IMG/VR virus record: IMGVR_UViG_3300025106_000003
Span: 1-56,064 of that record
Strand: one strand, 5' to 3'
DNA: 56,064 nt
Origin: a virus
Taxonomy: Duplodnaviria; Caudoviricetes
The notes under the pieces are model-generated. The model saw only the letters and a list, made by a program, of their open reading frames with translations. It did not search any database and had not been told where the DNA came from. Position 1 is the first letter of the stretch. Each line of letters begins with the position of its first letter. A program made the position numbers and the translations under genes. Positions 31,010 through 39,510 of the stretch are shown piece by piece.

Positions 31010-31629
31010 TACGATTTGATAAAACTAGTAAGTTTCTCTTTCTCGATTTCGAGACTGAGGGGCTTTGCCTTAACCATAGATTCAATAAGCCTTGGCAGAT
31101 GTCTCTTTTGAAGTCGGTTAACGGTCAGAAGGTAGGCTCGCAGGAGGTGTGGATTAAGTGGCCGAAATTCAAATTTTCCAAAGGCGCAAGAATGCTGGCC
31201 CATTCATTTAGTGAATCTAAAATGGAGCAAGATGGCATCTCCCCCAAGGCAGCGCTTGCAATTTTAGACAAAGCCCTGTCGGAAACAGATTACCTTATCG
31301 GCCATAACCTGCTAGGCTTCGATGTTTTCATCATCAAAGCTATGTATGAGGCTTGCGGACAAAAAATGCCCAAGCTGCCAACTATCATAGATACTTTCCC
31401 CATTGCCAAGGGGGTTATAAATAATCTGCCCTACAAGGCTGGCGAGGATTTCTATTTTTACCAATACAAGCTCATCAATGAGATCATCAAAGGCTCAAAA
31501 ACAAGCCTTTCCGCGCTCGCCAAATACTATAATATTGAAATAGACGAGGGTAGATTGCACGATGCGACATACGATTTAAGTTTAAATTTAGCTATATGGA
31601 ACAAACTCAAATTTCAAATTCAATTGTAA
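30994..31629 (+). CDS. DEDDh 3'-5' proofreading exonuclease (DnaQ-like)
   Basis: LDFETEG, GHNLLGFD, IDT, LHDATYD. Confidence 0.85.
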   Translation: MQDELIRFDKTSKFLFLDFETEGLCLNHRFNKPWQMSLLKSVNGQKVGSQEVWIKWPKFKFSKGARMLAHSFSESKMEQDGISPKAALAILDKALSETDYLIGHNLLGFDVFIIKAMYEACGQKMPKLPTIIDTFPIAKGVINNLPYKAGEDFYFYQYKLINEIIKGSKTSLSALAKYYNIEIDEGRLHDATYDLSLNLAIWNKLKFQIQL

Positions 31630-33416
31630 GTTTTACGTCTAACTTTGAGAAGTTGGATCTGCCACTCTACGGGGTGCGCTGCCCAAAGATCGAAGTGGAT
31701 AAAAAGTTTCTCGATTCTATCGGTATTGATAGTTTTGAAGATAATCATGATCTTCTGCGCCAACTTTGTAATGCCAGCTTCAAACGGCATATGCCGAAGT
31801 GGAAAGAGATGGGCTACGATATTGAGGAATATAAGGCGAGAGTGCGCCGCGAGGTGGAAACACTCAACAAGCTAGGCTTTGTTGACTACATCCTAATTAT
31901 TTGGGATGTGTTTAACTTCTGCAAGAAAGAAGGAATCCCTGTCGGCCTTGGTCGAGGAAGCGCGGCATCGAGCTTGGTTCTATATCTTTTGGGGGTCACA
32001 GGTGTAGACCCTATTAAATATAAGCTGCTGTTTGAGAGATTCGTTTCTGATACACGAGCTAAAAAGACGGTTGTTGACGGTGTCACTTATTTGGACGGAA
32101 GCATGTTGGCGGATATTGATAGCGACATTTGCTACTATCGCCGCCACGAGGTTGTTAAATATCTGGACAAGAAATATCCAAACCGAACCTCCAAGATGCT
32201 TACGGTATCCACCCTCTCTGGAAAGGCTCTTATTAAAGATTGCGGAAAGATCATCGGTGAAAAAGATGAGAGCGAGATGAATAAAGTCACCTCTCTTTTC
32301 CCGTCAAAATTCGGCAAGGTCGCGGAGGTTGAAGAGGTGTACGCCAACGTACCAGAATTCACAACTTGGGCGGACGAGAATAAGCTGGTATACTCAATCG
32401 CTTGTAAATTAAAAGACCTTATTAGAAATAAGGGGGTGCATGCTTCGGGAACGCTCGTCGGCTTTAATGAGTTGACGCAGACTACTCCAGTAGAGCTTTC
32501 TGCGGACAAGGAGACTGTCTCTGGATTCACTATGGACTGGGCTACCAAGGTTAATCTTAAACTTGACTTGCTTGGCTTGAAATCAGTATCTGTCATCGCT
32601 GAGGTCGAAAGGCTTACAGGCGTAAAATACATGGAGGTGGACTTGGAAGATTACGATACAATCTACGCGCACCTACAGGATTTGAAGGCCGCAAAGGGTA
32701 TTTTCCAAATTGAGGCAGACACCAACTATAAGGTGTGCCGCGAGGTTAAACCTAAGAACCTTGACCAGCTTGCGGCTGTGGTGGCCATCGCACGTCCCGG
32801 CGCATTAGCTTTCACCAAGCAGTACGCAGACTACGCACAGACGGGGGTATTTCCAGAGAGCTTCCCACAGATCGACGAGATTCTAAAAGATACAGGCGGC
32901 GCAATTCTTTACCAAGAGAGTCTTATGGCCATTGGAAACAAGGTCTTTGGCTTGAGCCTCAACGAGTCCGAAACCCTTCGTAAGATCGTGGGCAAAAAGA
33001 AAGTCGCGGAAATGCCTAAATGGGAACAGGTCATTAGGGATAACGCCAAGAGGCTTAAACTCCCTGACGAGGTCGCTGATTTTTACTGGAAGGCTCTTGA
33101 CGAAAGCGCAAACTATTCCTTTTGTAAGTGTCTATCGCCAGAGACAATTGTACAAAAAGACAGTTTGGAATATGTGCCAATGTGCGAGGTAAAAAAAGGG
33201 GACAAAATTCTCAGCTATAACCCAGACTCCGAAATGGATGAGAGCGTGGAGGTCATTGATATAATGCACAATTCTACTGAAATGTTTGAATTTGAAATGG
33301 AGGACGGCAGGACAATAACATGCTCAATGGAGCACAAGTTCATGTGTGAGGACAAAAAAATGAGAAAAATTTCAGAAATTTTAAGGACAGGCGAGAAAAT
33401 TATGTGTATAGAATGA
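31596..33416 (+). CDS. dnaE: DNA polymerase III alpha N-part fused to split-intein N fragment
   Basis: GLGRGSAASSL, LLFERF, DIDSD, GVHASG, KLDLLGL, RPG, YQE; then CLSPETIV intein start. Confidence 0.9.
   Translation: MEQTQISNSIVSFTSNFEKLDLPLYGVRCPKIEVDKKFLDSIGIDSFEDNHDLLRQLCNASFKRHMPKWKEMGYDIEEYKARVRREVETLNKLGFVDYILIIWDVFNFCKKEGIPVGLGRGSAASSLVLYLLGVTGVDPIKYKLLFERFVSDTRAKKTVVDGVTYLDGSMLADIDSDICYYRRHEVVKYLDKKYPNRTSKMLTVSTLSGKALIKDCGKIIGEKDESEMNKVTSLFPSKFGKVAEVEEVYANVPEFTTWADENKLVYSIACKLKDLIRNKGVHASGTLVGFNELTQTTPVELSADKETVSGFTMDWATKVNLKLDLLGLKSVSVIAEVERLTGVKYMEVDLEDYDTIYAHLQDLKAAKGIFQIEADTNYKVCREVKPKNLDQLAAVVAIARPGALAFTKQYADYAQTGVFPESFPQIDEILKDTGGAILYQESLMAIGNKVFGLSLNESETLRKIVGKKKVAEMPKWEQVIRDNAKRLKLPDEVADFYWKALDESANYSFCKCLSPETIVQKDSLEYVPMCEVKKGDKILSYNPDSEMDESVEVIDIMHNSTEMFEFEMEDGRTITCSMEHKFMCEDKKMRKISEILRTGEKIMCIE
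33129..33416 (+). mobile_element. split intein N fragment (95 aa)
   Basis: CLSPETIV block A; ITCSMEHKF block B; stop after GEKIMCIE. Confidence 0.85.
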
Positions 33417-34351
33417 GCGCATTAAAACTAGATTCTACGCGAACCATCCCAGTTTGTATGTTTGAAACATGCCTAATAGACGGCAGGACAAGAAAACAAA
33501 TATGTGATCTTTTTCCAGCACGAAATGGAGGGGCGTATTATTTAGACAAATTCTGCAATCATCTTAAATATAATCATCAGACAAGCTTGATCAGTTATTG
33601 TGAGCGCTATTTTAATTTCTCATGGCCTACATGTCCGGTTAAAAAAACAAAGCTGGGCTATTGTATTAGCGGGAAGGGCGTAAAAATATCAGAATATTCA
33701 CTGGGTAGTGTAAATAAGAAGAATTGCGCCAAATTTTCAGATGGGTGCAAAAGATTATCCGAAGAAAGAAAGGGCAGAGGGAATCCTATGTATAAAAAGA
33801 CCCTTTGGAATAAGGGTAAGAATTATGAAATACCTTCCAGACAAGGAAAACCACTTTCCGAGATGCATCGCGCAAGCTTAAAAGAGGCCAGAGCAAAAAG
33901 CCCATATAAAGCTAGACATACAACCCCACACTCGGAACAGACAAAGAAAATCTTAGCTATTCGTCAGGCTGAAAAATATGCAGCGGGGATTTTTAAGCGC
34001 AGAACAGGTATAGAAATAAAAGTCGAACAATTTCTATCAACATTAAAATTAAAAGAAAGTTATATAGAACAGCATCAGGTCAAATATTTTACATTGGATT
34101 TCGCTTTACAAAATGGCAAAGTAGGCATAGAGTGTCAGGGTTCATTCTTTCATATTGATCCAAGAGTTTATCCGAACGGTCCAATCTGTGCTGTTCAAAG
34201 GCGAAATTTTGGAAGAGATAAGGCTAAAAGGAAATATTTAGCCAAGAGAGGTTGGACGATTATAGAACTTTGGGAAACAGAAATAAACAGCGGAGAATTT
34301 AAAGAAATACTATTGTGCAAGCTATCGGAATTAAATCTGTTAGAAGACTAG
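33413..34351 (+). CDS. free-standing homing endonuclease (NUMOD3-like repeats plus Vsr/DUF559 domain)
   Basis: GRGNPMY, HSEQTK, LDF...GIECQGSFFH, RDKAK..YL..RGW.II.LWE; ATGA overlap. Confidence 0.75.
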   Translation: MSALKLDSTRTIPVCMFETCLIDGRTRKQICDLFPARNGGAYYLDKFCNHLKYNHQTSLISYCERYFNFSWPTCPVKKTKLGYCISGKGVKISEYSLGSVNKKNCAKFSDGCKRLSEERKGRGNPMYKKTLWNKGKNYEIPSRQGKPLSEMHRASLKEARAKSPYKARHTTPHSEQTKKILAIRQAEKYAAGIFKRRTGIEIKVEQFLSTLKLKESYIEQHQVKYFTLDFALQNGKVGIECQGSFFHIDPRVYPNGPICAVQRRNFGRDKAKRKYLAKRGWTIIELWETEINSGEFKEILLCKLSELNLLED

Positions 34352-34428
34352 GACAACAAAACTCTATTGATTTTGAGGTCAATAGCAGATTTCATAATTT
34401 TTATGCGGAGGGCCTTGTTACCTCAAAT
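34315..34428 (+). mobile_element. split intein C fragment (38 aa)
   Basis: IKSVRRLG...DFEV...HNFYAEGLVTSN followed by Ser. Confidence 0.85.
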
Positions 34429-35535
34429 AGTCACGCTGTAAGCTATAGCGCGATGGCTGCACTGACCGTCTTTTACAAATTCAACTATCCAAAGGAATTC
34501 TTCTTGGCTCTGTTGAGAATGGCCAAGCATGAAAGTGACAGCCTGACAGAGATTGCTGCGATTTCACGAGACATGGGGGATTTTGGCATTGAGCTTCTTC
34601 CCCCTGATTTAAATAAGAGCGGCGAGGACTTCGAACTAGAGGGCAATAATATCCGATTTGGATTATCCGCAATCAAGGGTATCAGTACCAAGATTATGTC
34701 AAAGTTCTCTGGATTCAAAGACAAGCATGCCTCGCGCATCGACCTCTTCCTTTCCGCAAAACAGGCAGGAATCTCCATCGGAGTGCTTTCCGCCCTCATT
34801 CAAGCTGGCGCAATCGAATCACTTCACAATCGTTCTCGCAGCTACATGGTTCTTGAGGCTCAAACTTGGAATATTCTCAAGGATAGGGAGAAATTGCTCG
34901 TGAAAGACCTTATCGAATCAGGCGAGTGTAGGGATGTATTGTCGTGCATCAAAAAACTCAATGAGGAGATCAAGAACGACAAGGGCATGCCGCAAATCAA
35001 GGATAGTCGATTCTCCACGATCAAGCGAGATTACGAGAAATATAAATCCATTTATTTGATGAACAGTCGAAACGAGGATCTTGCGAATTACTTCTATGAG
35101 AAAGAACTACTTGGTCGTTCGTATAGCCAATCTCTCTCCTCTATATTCAGCAAGAAATGCGAAAAGTTGATGTCTATCAAGGAGTTCCAAGAGGAACTGA
35201 ACCCGAATGAAAAGGGTCTTATTGTGGGCGTGGTATCTGAAAAGGTTTCTAAAACCTCCTCAAAGGGCAACCCCTACATCAAATACACAATCCACGACGA
35301 GAGCGCGCAGATTGACTGTTTTATCTTCTCCACGGCACATTCCGACAAAATTGGACTGATCCGTGAGGATAACGGCGGCAAACTTCCAGAGGAAAAGGAT
35401 ATTGTTGTACTCAAGGGTATGCGAAAAGACGAGACTGCCTGCTACGTTGACAAACTTGGCATCCAAAGCTCCAAGATCTTTATGAAATTGAAGGACTTAA
35501 AGGATGCAGAGGAGACTTCAGATGAAAATAGTTGA
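34315..35535 (+). CDS. dnaE: split-intein C fragment fused to DNA polymerase III alpha C-part
   Basis: IntC ends HNFYAEGLVTSN, then SHAVSY, YPKEF, LLPPDLNKS, IRFGLSAIKGI, OB fold. Confidence 0.9.
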   Translation: MQAIGIKSVRRLGQQNSIDFEVNSRFHNFYAEGLVTSNSHAVSYSAMAALTVFYKFNYPKEFFLALLRMAKHESDSLTEIAAISRDMGDFGIELLPPDLNKSGEDFELEGNNIRFGLSAIKGISTKIMSKFSGFKDKHASRIDLFLSAKQAGISIGVLSALIQAGAIESLHNRSRSYMVLEAQTWNILKDREKLLVKDLIESGECRDVLSCIKKLNEEIKNDKGMPQIKDSRFSTIKRDYEKYKSIYLMNSRNEDLANYFYEKELLGRSYSQSLSSIFSKKCEKLMSIKEFQEELNPNEKGLIVGVVSEKVSKTSSKGNPYIKYTIHDESAQIDCFIFSTAHSDKIGLIREDNGGKLPEEKDIVVLKGMRKDETACYVDKLGIQSSKIFMKLKDLKDAEETSDENS

Positions 35536-35578
35536 AATATTTTGGAAAAAATGAATTTTGGTGTGTAGTATCTGTTAT

Positions 35579-35692
35579 ATGAAACAGCATGAAGCAAAAT
35601 ATACGCAGCGCACAGGTTGGCCGAAGGCCAATTTGGTGAGTTCGTCTGCGTTTATTCTGCTCCAAGGGAGAAATAACCCCATGACGAAATAA
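35579..35692 (+). CDS. putative 37-aa leader peptide
   Basis: GTGTA motif 11 nt upstream; stop abuts antiterminator arm. Confidence 0.35.
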   Translation: MKQHEAKYTQRTGWPKANLVSSSAFILLQGRNNPMTK

Positions 35693-35725
35693 GAGGCTCA
35701 AAGTACACAGGATAAACAACTTTTG

Positions 35726-35749
35726 GGCCTCCGAAACGAGGTCTTTTTT
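35726..35749 (+). terminator. intrinsic terminator with competing antiterminator (35693-35731)
   Basis: GGCCTC-CGAAAC-GAGGTC-TTTTTT. Confidence 0.6.
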
Positions 35750-35769
35750 ATTTTTTAGAAAAAAACTAC

Positions 35770-35973
35770 TTGACGAAAAACCAAAACGCAACTACAGTCA
35801 CGACATTCAAGAACGAAACGATTAAAAACGAATTAAAAAAAAGAAAAAAGAAAAAAGAAAAAACCACTTGACGAAAATTAAAAATCACGGTAAAGTGGCA
35901 AAACGATAGAGACAGCACCGAGTAAAAAGAAAATTTCGAAAAGTGTTGACAAAAAAGAAAATTTTGATAGTAT
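35770..35973 (+). promoter_or_regulatory. three tandem sigma70-type promoters heading the RNA island
   Basis: TTGACG-17-TACAGT (35770), TTGACG-17-TAAAGT (35868), TTGACA-16-TAGTAT (35946), A-rich flanks. Confidence 0.7.
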
Positions 35974-36174
35974 AAGAAAATAATAAACAATTTTAGACAG
36001 TTTGAGGAAGTCTTAGAAAGTAAGTTCTCTTCCACGCAGTAAAGAACTACCCACAACAGCCCGACACACTCCTACGGGTAGAATAAGGATAAGACCTTAC
36101 TTAAGTATAAGGCATAGGAACACCGTAATGGAAACATGGCGACCTCTTTCTCTGTCGATTAGCGAGGAGCAACA

Positions 36175-36357
36175 ATGAATATGAAAAAGTTAAACAAATT
36201 CGGAATCCATTATAATAGACAAGATTATCGTCAGGAATATCTACGAAGTGAAAGTTGGAGAGCCAAGAGTTCGGATACATTAGCGCGTAATCCTATATGT
36301 ATGATCTGTGATACTGAAAACCTGTTGACAAACTGGTATGCAATCTCGTTAAATTAA
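36175..36357 (+). pseudogene. truncated HNH-type endonuclease
   Basis: YLRSESWR...RNPICMIC N-terminus without the HNH core. Confidence 0.45.
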
Positions 36358-36371
36358 TTTCATTCTAAAAT

Positions 36372-36444
36372 GTTCTCTCCAAGGGAATTTGGCTCGGAAA
36401 CTTCTAATTTCTAATGGACGGCTCAACTCCGTCAGGGAACACCA
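36372..36444 (+). tRNA. tRNA-Arg(UCU), atypical D arm
   Basis: GTTCTCT/AGGGAAC+ACCA; GGAAA-CTTCTAA-TTTCT; T stem GACGG/CCGTC. Confidence 0.65.
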
Positions 36445-36446
36445 TT

Positions 36447-36731
36447 TTACAATTCTTTTGCTCTTTGGCAGGGCTTAGATTGAAATTTATCTTTTGACCT
36501 CCAAGGATGCTTGTCAGGATTCTCTTTTAAATACTTCTTGCGAATTTCCGACAATCGAATTTTTTCTTCTAGTGATATTTTCCTTGGTGGTTCTTTCTTG
36601 TAAGAGACGTTTAGATTTTTGCACCATCTGGCAATGGTGGCCTTTCCGCGATTAAAAAATATTGCCCATTCCGCAAGGGTTTTTTCAGATGAGTGCTCTT
36701 TGAGATGAGTTAGGTCGATTGTGTTGTCCGT
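36447..36731 (-). pseudogene. truncated endonuclease gene with ACG in place of ATG
   Basis: (T)DNTIDL...HTH-like...KKYLKENPDKHPW then early stop; GTGTA motif 11 nt upstream. Confidence 0.5.
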
Positions 36732-36995
36732 ATACTCAATATTACACTTAAACCGCAGGAGCGGTTCGAATATTTCAACAATTTTCCGTAGTGGCTGGTC
36801 GGGAGGCAGGTCTTTCCCCTCTGGATGCGGAAATTAATCTCGTCCACAAAGTTTGTCGATTAGTGTGTTTGTATGTGGAATTGAAGTAGATAAAAAACAT
36901 CGACTTTGACGGAAACTGCCGCCTTCTATTTCGGCACTCCGTTGAAACCATGACAAAGCTCGCGAGGAAAACATGGTAGAAACTTGAGAATTTAT

Positions 36996-37086
36996 GGGGG
37001 TTGTTCAGCGTAGCGGTCTGTAAAACCGATGTCCAAAAATAAGCGTTGTGGTCAGACGAGAGGTTCGATTCCTCCTACCCCCACCA
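36996..37086 (+). tRNA. tRNA-Tyr(GUA), no D hairpin, enlarged variable region
   Basis: CGGT-CTGTAAA-ACCG; GGTTCGATTCC; ACCA end. Confidence 0.65.
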
Positions 37087-37430
37087 ATAATCTCAGACCC
37101 TATAATGAAATACCGAGCGTGATGTTAACGAATCGGTTGATGGGATCGGAAATGTAACATATACACCGAAGCTGAGTGGTGTGGAGAGCAGCGTGAAACT
37201 CCTGATAGGCTATACGATGGCCGAAGTAGCATTAAGATAATGCGCCACACCAAACCTTTTGTAAATTTCGGCTCATGGTAGAGCGAGAAGCGGCAAAGCA
37301 CAACTACTTGTTGGAAGAGAACGTTGCCAGTAACCGCACGTAAGTCGCCATGCGTTCCAGTTCCAAGTCTGTGGGTTGCAACCTGCAAAGATTATGTCAA
37401 GACTAAAAGGACATGCCGAAAACTTTTTAT

Positions 37431-37502
37431 GCTCCTATAGTGTAGTGGTCAGCACGGAAGATTTTCAATCTTTAAGGTGGGTTTCGATTACCCATAGGAG
37501 TG
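37431..37502 (+). tRNA. tRNA-Glu(UUC)
   Basis: GCTCCTA/TAGGAGT; GAAGA-TTTTCAA-TCTTT. Confidence 0.8.
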
Positions 37503-37587
37503 CCGAGGATTGGTCGCACCAATCAGATTTCAGGGGATTTCGAGGTAGCCTGAACCAGAATAACAAAAATGCTCGACCAATTTATAT

Positions 37588-37661
37588 TGCAGATTAGAGT
37601 ATGGGTAACTCGGTTGGCTCATAACCAATAGCAACGGATTCAAACGCCGTATCTGCTACCA
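37588..37661 (+). tRNA. tRNA-Met(CAU), initiator-like
   Basis: 1:72 mismatch, A11-U24, GTTGG-CTCATAA-CCAAT, ACCA. Confidence 0.75.
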
Positions 37662-37838
37662 ATTTAAACACTAGTTAGTAGCGGTGGTCAGTTTTTGCCT
37701 TTAGTGGAGCAAACGTCCTTAAATCGACTCTCGCCCTCGCAGAGTTCGCTACTCACCTGAGTAAATACGTCAGCCGATGAGAACTTATGATACTAGTAAA
37801 TCTAAGTGCTAAAATCTGATTGGTGTTTAAACCTTTAT

Positions 37839-37912
37839 GGCTCTCTAGCTTAATGTAAAGCAATCGTTTCATACGCGATTAGATTTCCGGTCGATACGGA
37901 AGAGAGCTACCA
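37839..37912 (+). tRNA. tRNA-Met or Ile2 (CAU)
   Basis: ATCGT-TTCATAC-GCGAT; GGCTCTC/GAGAGCT ACCA. Confidence 0.75.
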
Positions 37913-37984
37913 TTACCACATAGCAGTCCGGTAATCCCGAATAGACAATACGGTTCGGGTTTAATGTGCGTAATCACTTTTTAT

Positions 37985-38077
37985 CCTTCGGTAGTTTAAC
38001 GATAAAACCCCTCGCTTATAACGAGTTTAGCGGTAGATTTCCGCGCAATGCAGGTTTGAATCCTGCTCGAAGGACCA
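37985..38077 (+). tRNA. tRNA-Ile(UAU) with long variable arm
   Basis: CTCG-CTTATAA-CGAG; V arm GCGG/CCGC; T stem GCAGG/CCTGC; ACCA. Confidence 0.7.
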
Positions 38078-38080
38078 ATT

Positions 38081-38181
38081 TAGACTGTAGTTCAGCGGTA
38101 GATCGCAACCATACTATGTGGGAAAATACTCCTAAAAAGCGTATGGCTCTGATGACACAGGTTCGAATCCTGTCAGTCTAA
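38081..38181 (+). ncRNA. tRNA-like RNA with expanded anticodon arm
   Basis: TAGACTG/CAGTCTA, D arm, ACAGG-TTCGAAT-CCTGT; CCATAC/GTATGG closes a 26-nt insert. Confidence 0.6.
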
Positions 38182-38332
38182 TAATTTCTAACGTTAGTTA
38201 AGTCATGGTGATAGACGAGTAAGAATAGGTCGAATTAGGAGGCATTCTATTAGACTGATAAGAAGACTCCCATATGAAGGGTTTCGACTTTCTGAATGGA
38301 ACGAATTCGTGAAATCCACTGTGCAAATTAAA

Positions 38333-38408
38333 CGCTTACGGGACCGCCAGCGTGGTCGCCCGACTTGGGATCGGGATATTCAGCAGAGGGCAGCACTCTG
38401 GTAGGCGA
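38333..38408 (+). tRNA. tRNA-Pro(UGG)
   Basis: CCCGA-CTTGGGA-TCGGG; T loop GGCAGCA. Confidence 0.7.
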
Positions 38409-38517
38409 CATAGAGTGGGTTTCCAATTTCTCACATCTTACAAAAATTGGTGGTGGAGTCTCTACCGCGAAATCGGTACGGCCCAAGCTGGCAACTTGCT
38501 CTAAAGTTGCATATTAG

Positions 38518-38592
38518 CCCTTCGTAGGCCATGAGCGAGCCGCAACCCTTAGAAGGTTGTGTATGTAGTTGCAACCACTACCGAAGGGACCA
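38518..38592 (+). tRNA. tRNA-Leu(UAG), short variable loop
   Basis: CAACC-CTTAGAA-GGTTG; CCCTTCG/CGAAGGG ACCA. Confidence 0.7.
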
Positions 38593-38597
38593 TTTTA

Positions 38598-38668
38598 GCC
38601 CGTTTAGCTCAATGGGAGAGCCAATAGTTGATAATTATTAGACGGTGGATCGAAACCATCAATGGGCA
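38598..38668 (+). tRNA. tRNA-Ile(GAU)
   Basis: AATAG-TTGATAA-TTATT; canonical D arm. Confidence 0.8.
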
Positions 38669-38676
38669 TAGTTTAT

Positions 38677-38752
38677 GGGTGCGTGACGGGAATGCATACC
38701 TAGTTGGTCGAGAGCCAACTGCTTGTGAGGTCGAGACTCACCGCGCCCACCA
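38677..38752 (+). tRNA. tRNA-Leu(GAG), short variable loop, C33
   Basis: GTTGG-TCGAGAG-CCAAC; GGGTGCG/CGCGCCC ACCA. Confidence 0.65.
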
Positions 38753-38974
38753 AGTCTGGATGGCTACTCAGTATCAAGACGGACTTCATAAATGTCTACC
38801 AATCTGAGATCGTTTCTGAGTTTGTGATAATCATTAACTTAGCGTAACCCTATTTGCGAAAGAGGAAACACCTTAAATAGAAAACAATTTAACCTAGAAA
38901 AAACGGGTGACGAGTCCCGTAGTCGGCACTGGTCGGCTGGATGGTAAGTATCATAGTCTAAGTTATTCACCAAT

Positions 38975-39055
38975 GCGATAGTCGGATAGTGGTTCATTCC
39001 GCCTCTCTTCCAAAGAGGTTTATGGTCGTGGGTTCGAATCCCACCTGTCGCACCA
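38975..39055 (+). tRNA. tRNA-Gly(UCC), A73 variant
   Basis: CCTCT-CTTCCAA-AGAGG; GGGTTCGAATCCC; ACCA. Confidence 0.75.
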
Positions 39056-39059
39056 ATAT

Positions 39060-39113
39060 GCCAGTAGCAACTTGCAAGTTTATCGGCTTCATGGGCTGAT
39101 AATGCTGGCACCA
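39060..39113 (+). ncRNA. 54-nt T-armless tRNA-like RNA with CAU loop
   Basis: GCCAGTA/TGCTGGC+ACCA; ATCGGC-TTCATGG-GCTGAT. Confidence 0.5.
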
Positions 39114-39433
39114 ATTTGTGGTCATTGAGGGGAATAAATTATCGTGGGGGTTACGAACCACTATAAATAAATAAGTAATAAAAAGGTGTCTATTCAACGA
39201 CCTGAGCCACAAAAAATTTCAAAACCTAGATAAGACAACTTACCGAGCCGCTTACTCATCGGACAAAGACGTAAAGTGGTGGGTGCCACTTATCAGGTAT
39301 TAGCTATGCCTCCTGTCCGGTCGCATAGCTTGAATTAATTTCGAAGCTCCCCGCGAAGGAGTCCTAGTTCGGAAAAGCATCCTCCTTGTATGCTGTAAAA
39401 GGGTGAGAATCCCAACGGGCCAATACAATTTTT

Positions 39434-39507
39434 GCATCATTAGTTTAGTGGTAAAACTTTTGCCTTCCAAGCAGAGTTCGTCGGTTCGATTCCGACATGA
39501 TGCTCCA
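39434..39507 (+). tRNA. tRNA-Gly(UCC)
   Basis: TTTGC-CTTCCAA-GCAGA; U73 CCA. Confidence 0.85.
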
Positions 39508-39510
39508 TAA

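Noticed and set aside
33400-34351. One contiguous intein broken by sequencing frameshifts
   Set aside because: Two separate frame changes would be needed; the ATGA coupling and typical IntN/IntC lengths fit a real split. Not fully excluded without reads.
99-35466. Numerous antisense or alternate-frame ORFs within long genes
   Set aside because: They are fully nested in well-supported genes and lack recognisable motifs.
36395-36415. Amber suppressor reading (CTA) of the first tRNA, implying stop-codon recoding
   Set aside because: The stem register gives loop CTTCTAA with anticodon UCU, and genes are intact in the standard code with TAG used as stop.
37455-37475. Opal suppressor or Sec reading (TCA)
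   Set aside because: The 5-bp stem places TTC at 34-36 (Glu); no Sec-type long arms.
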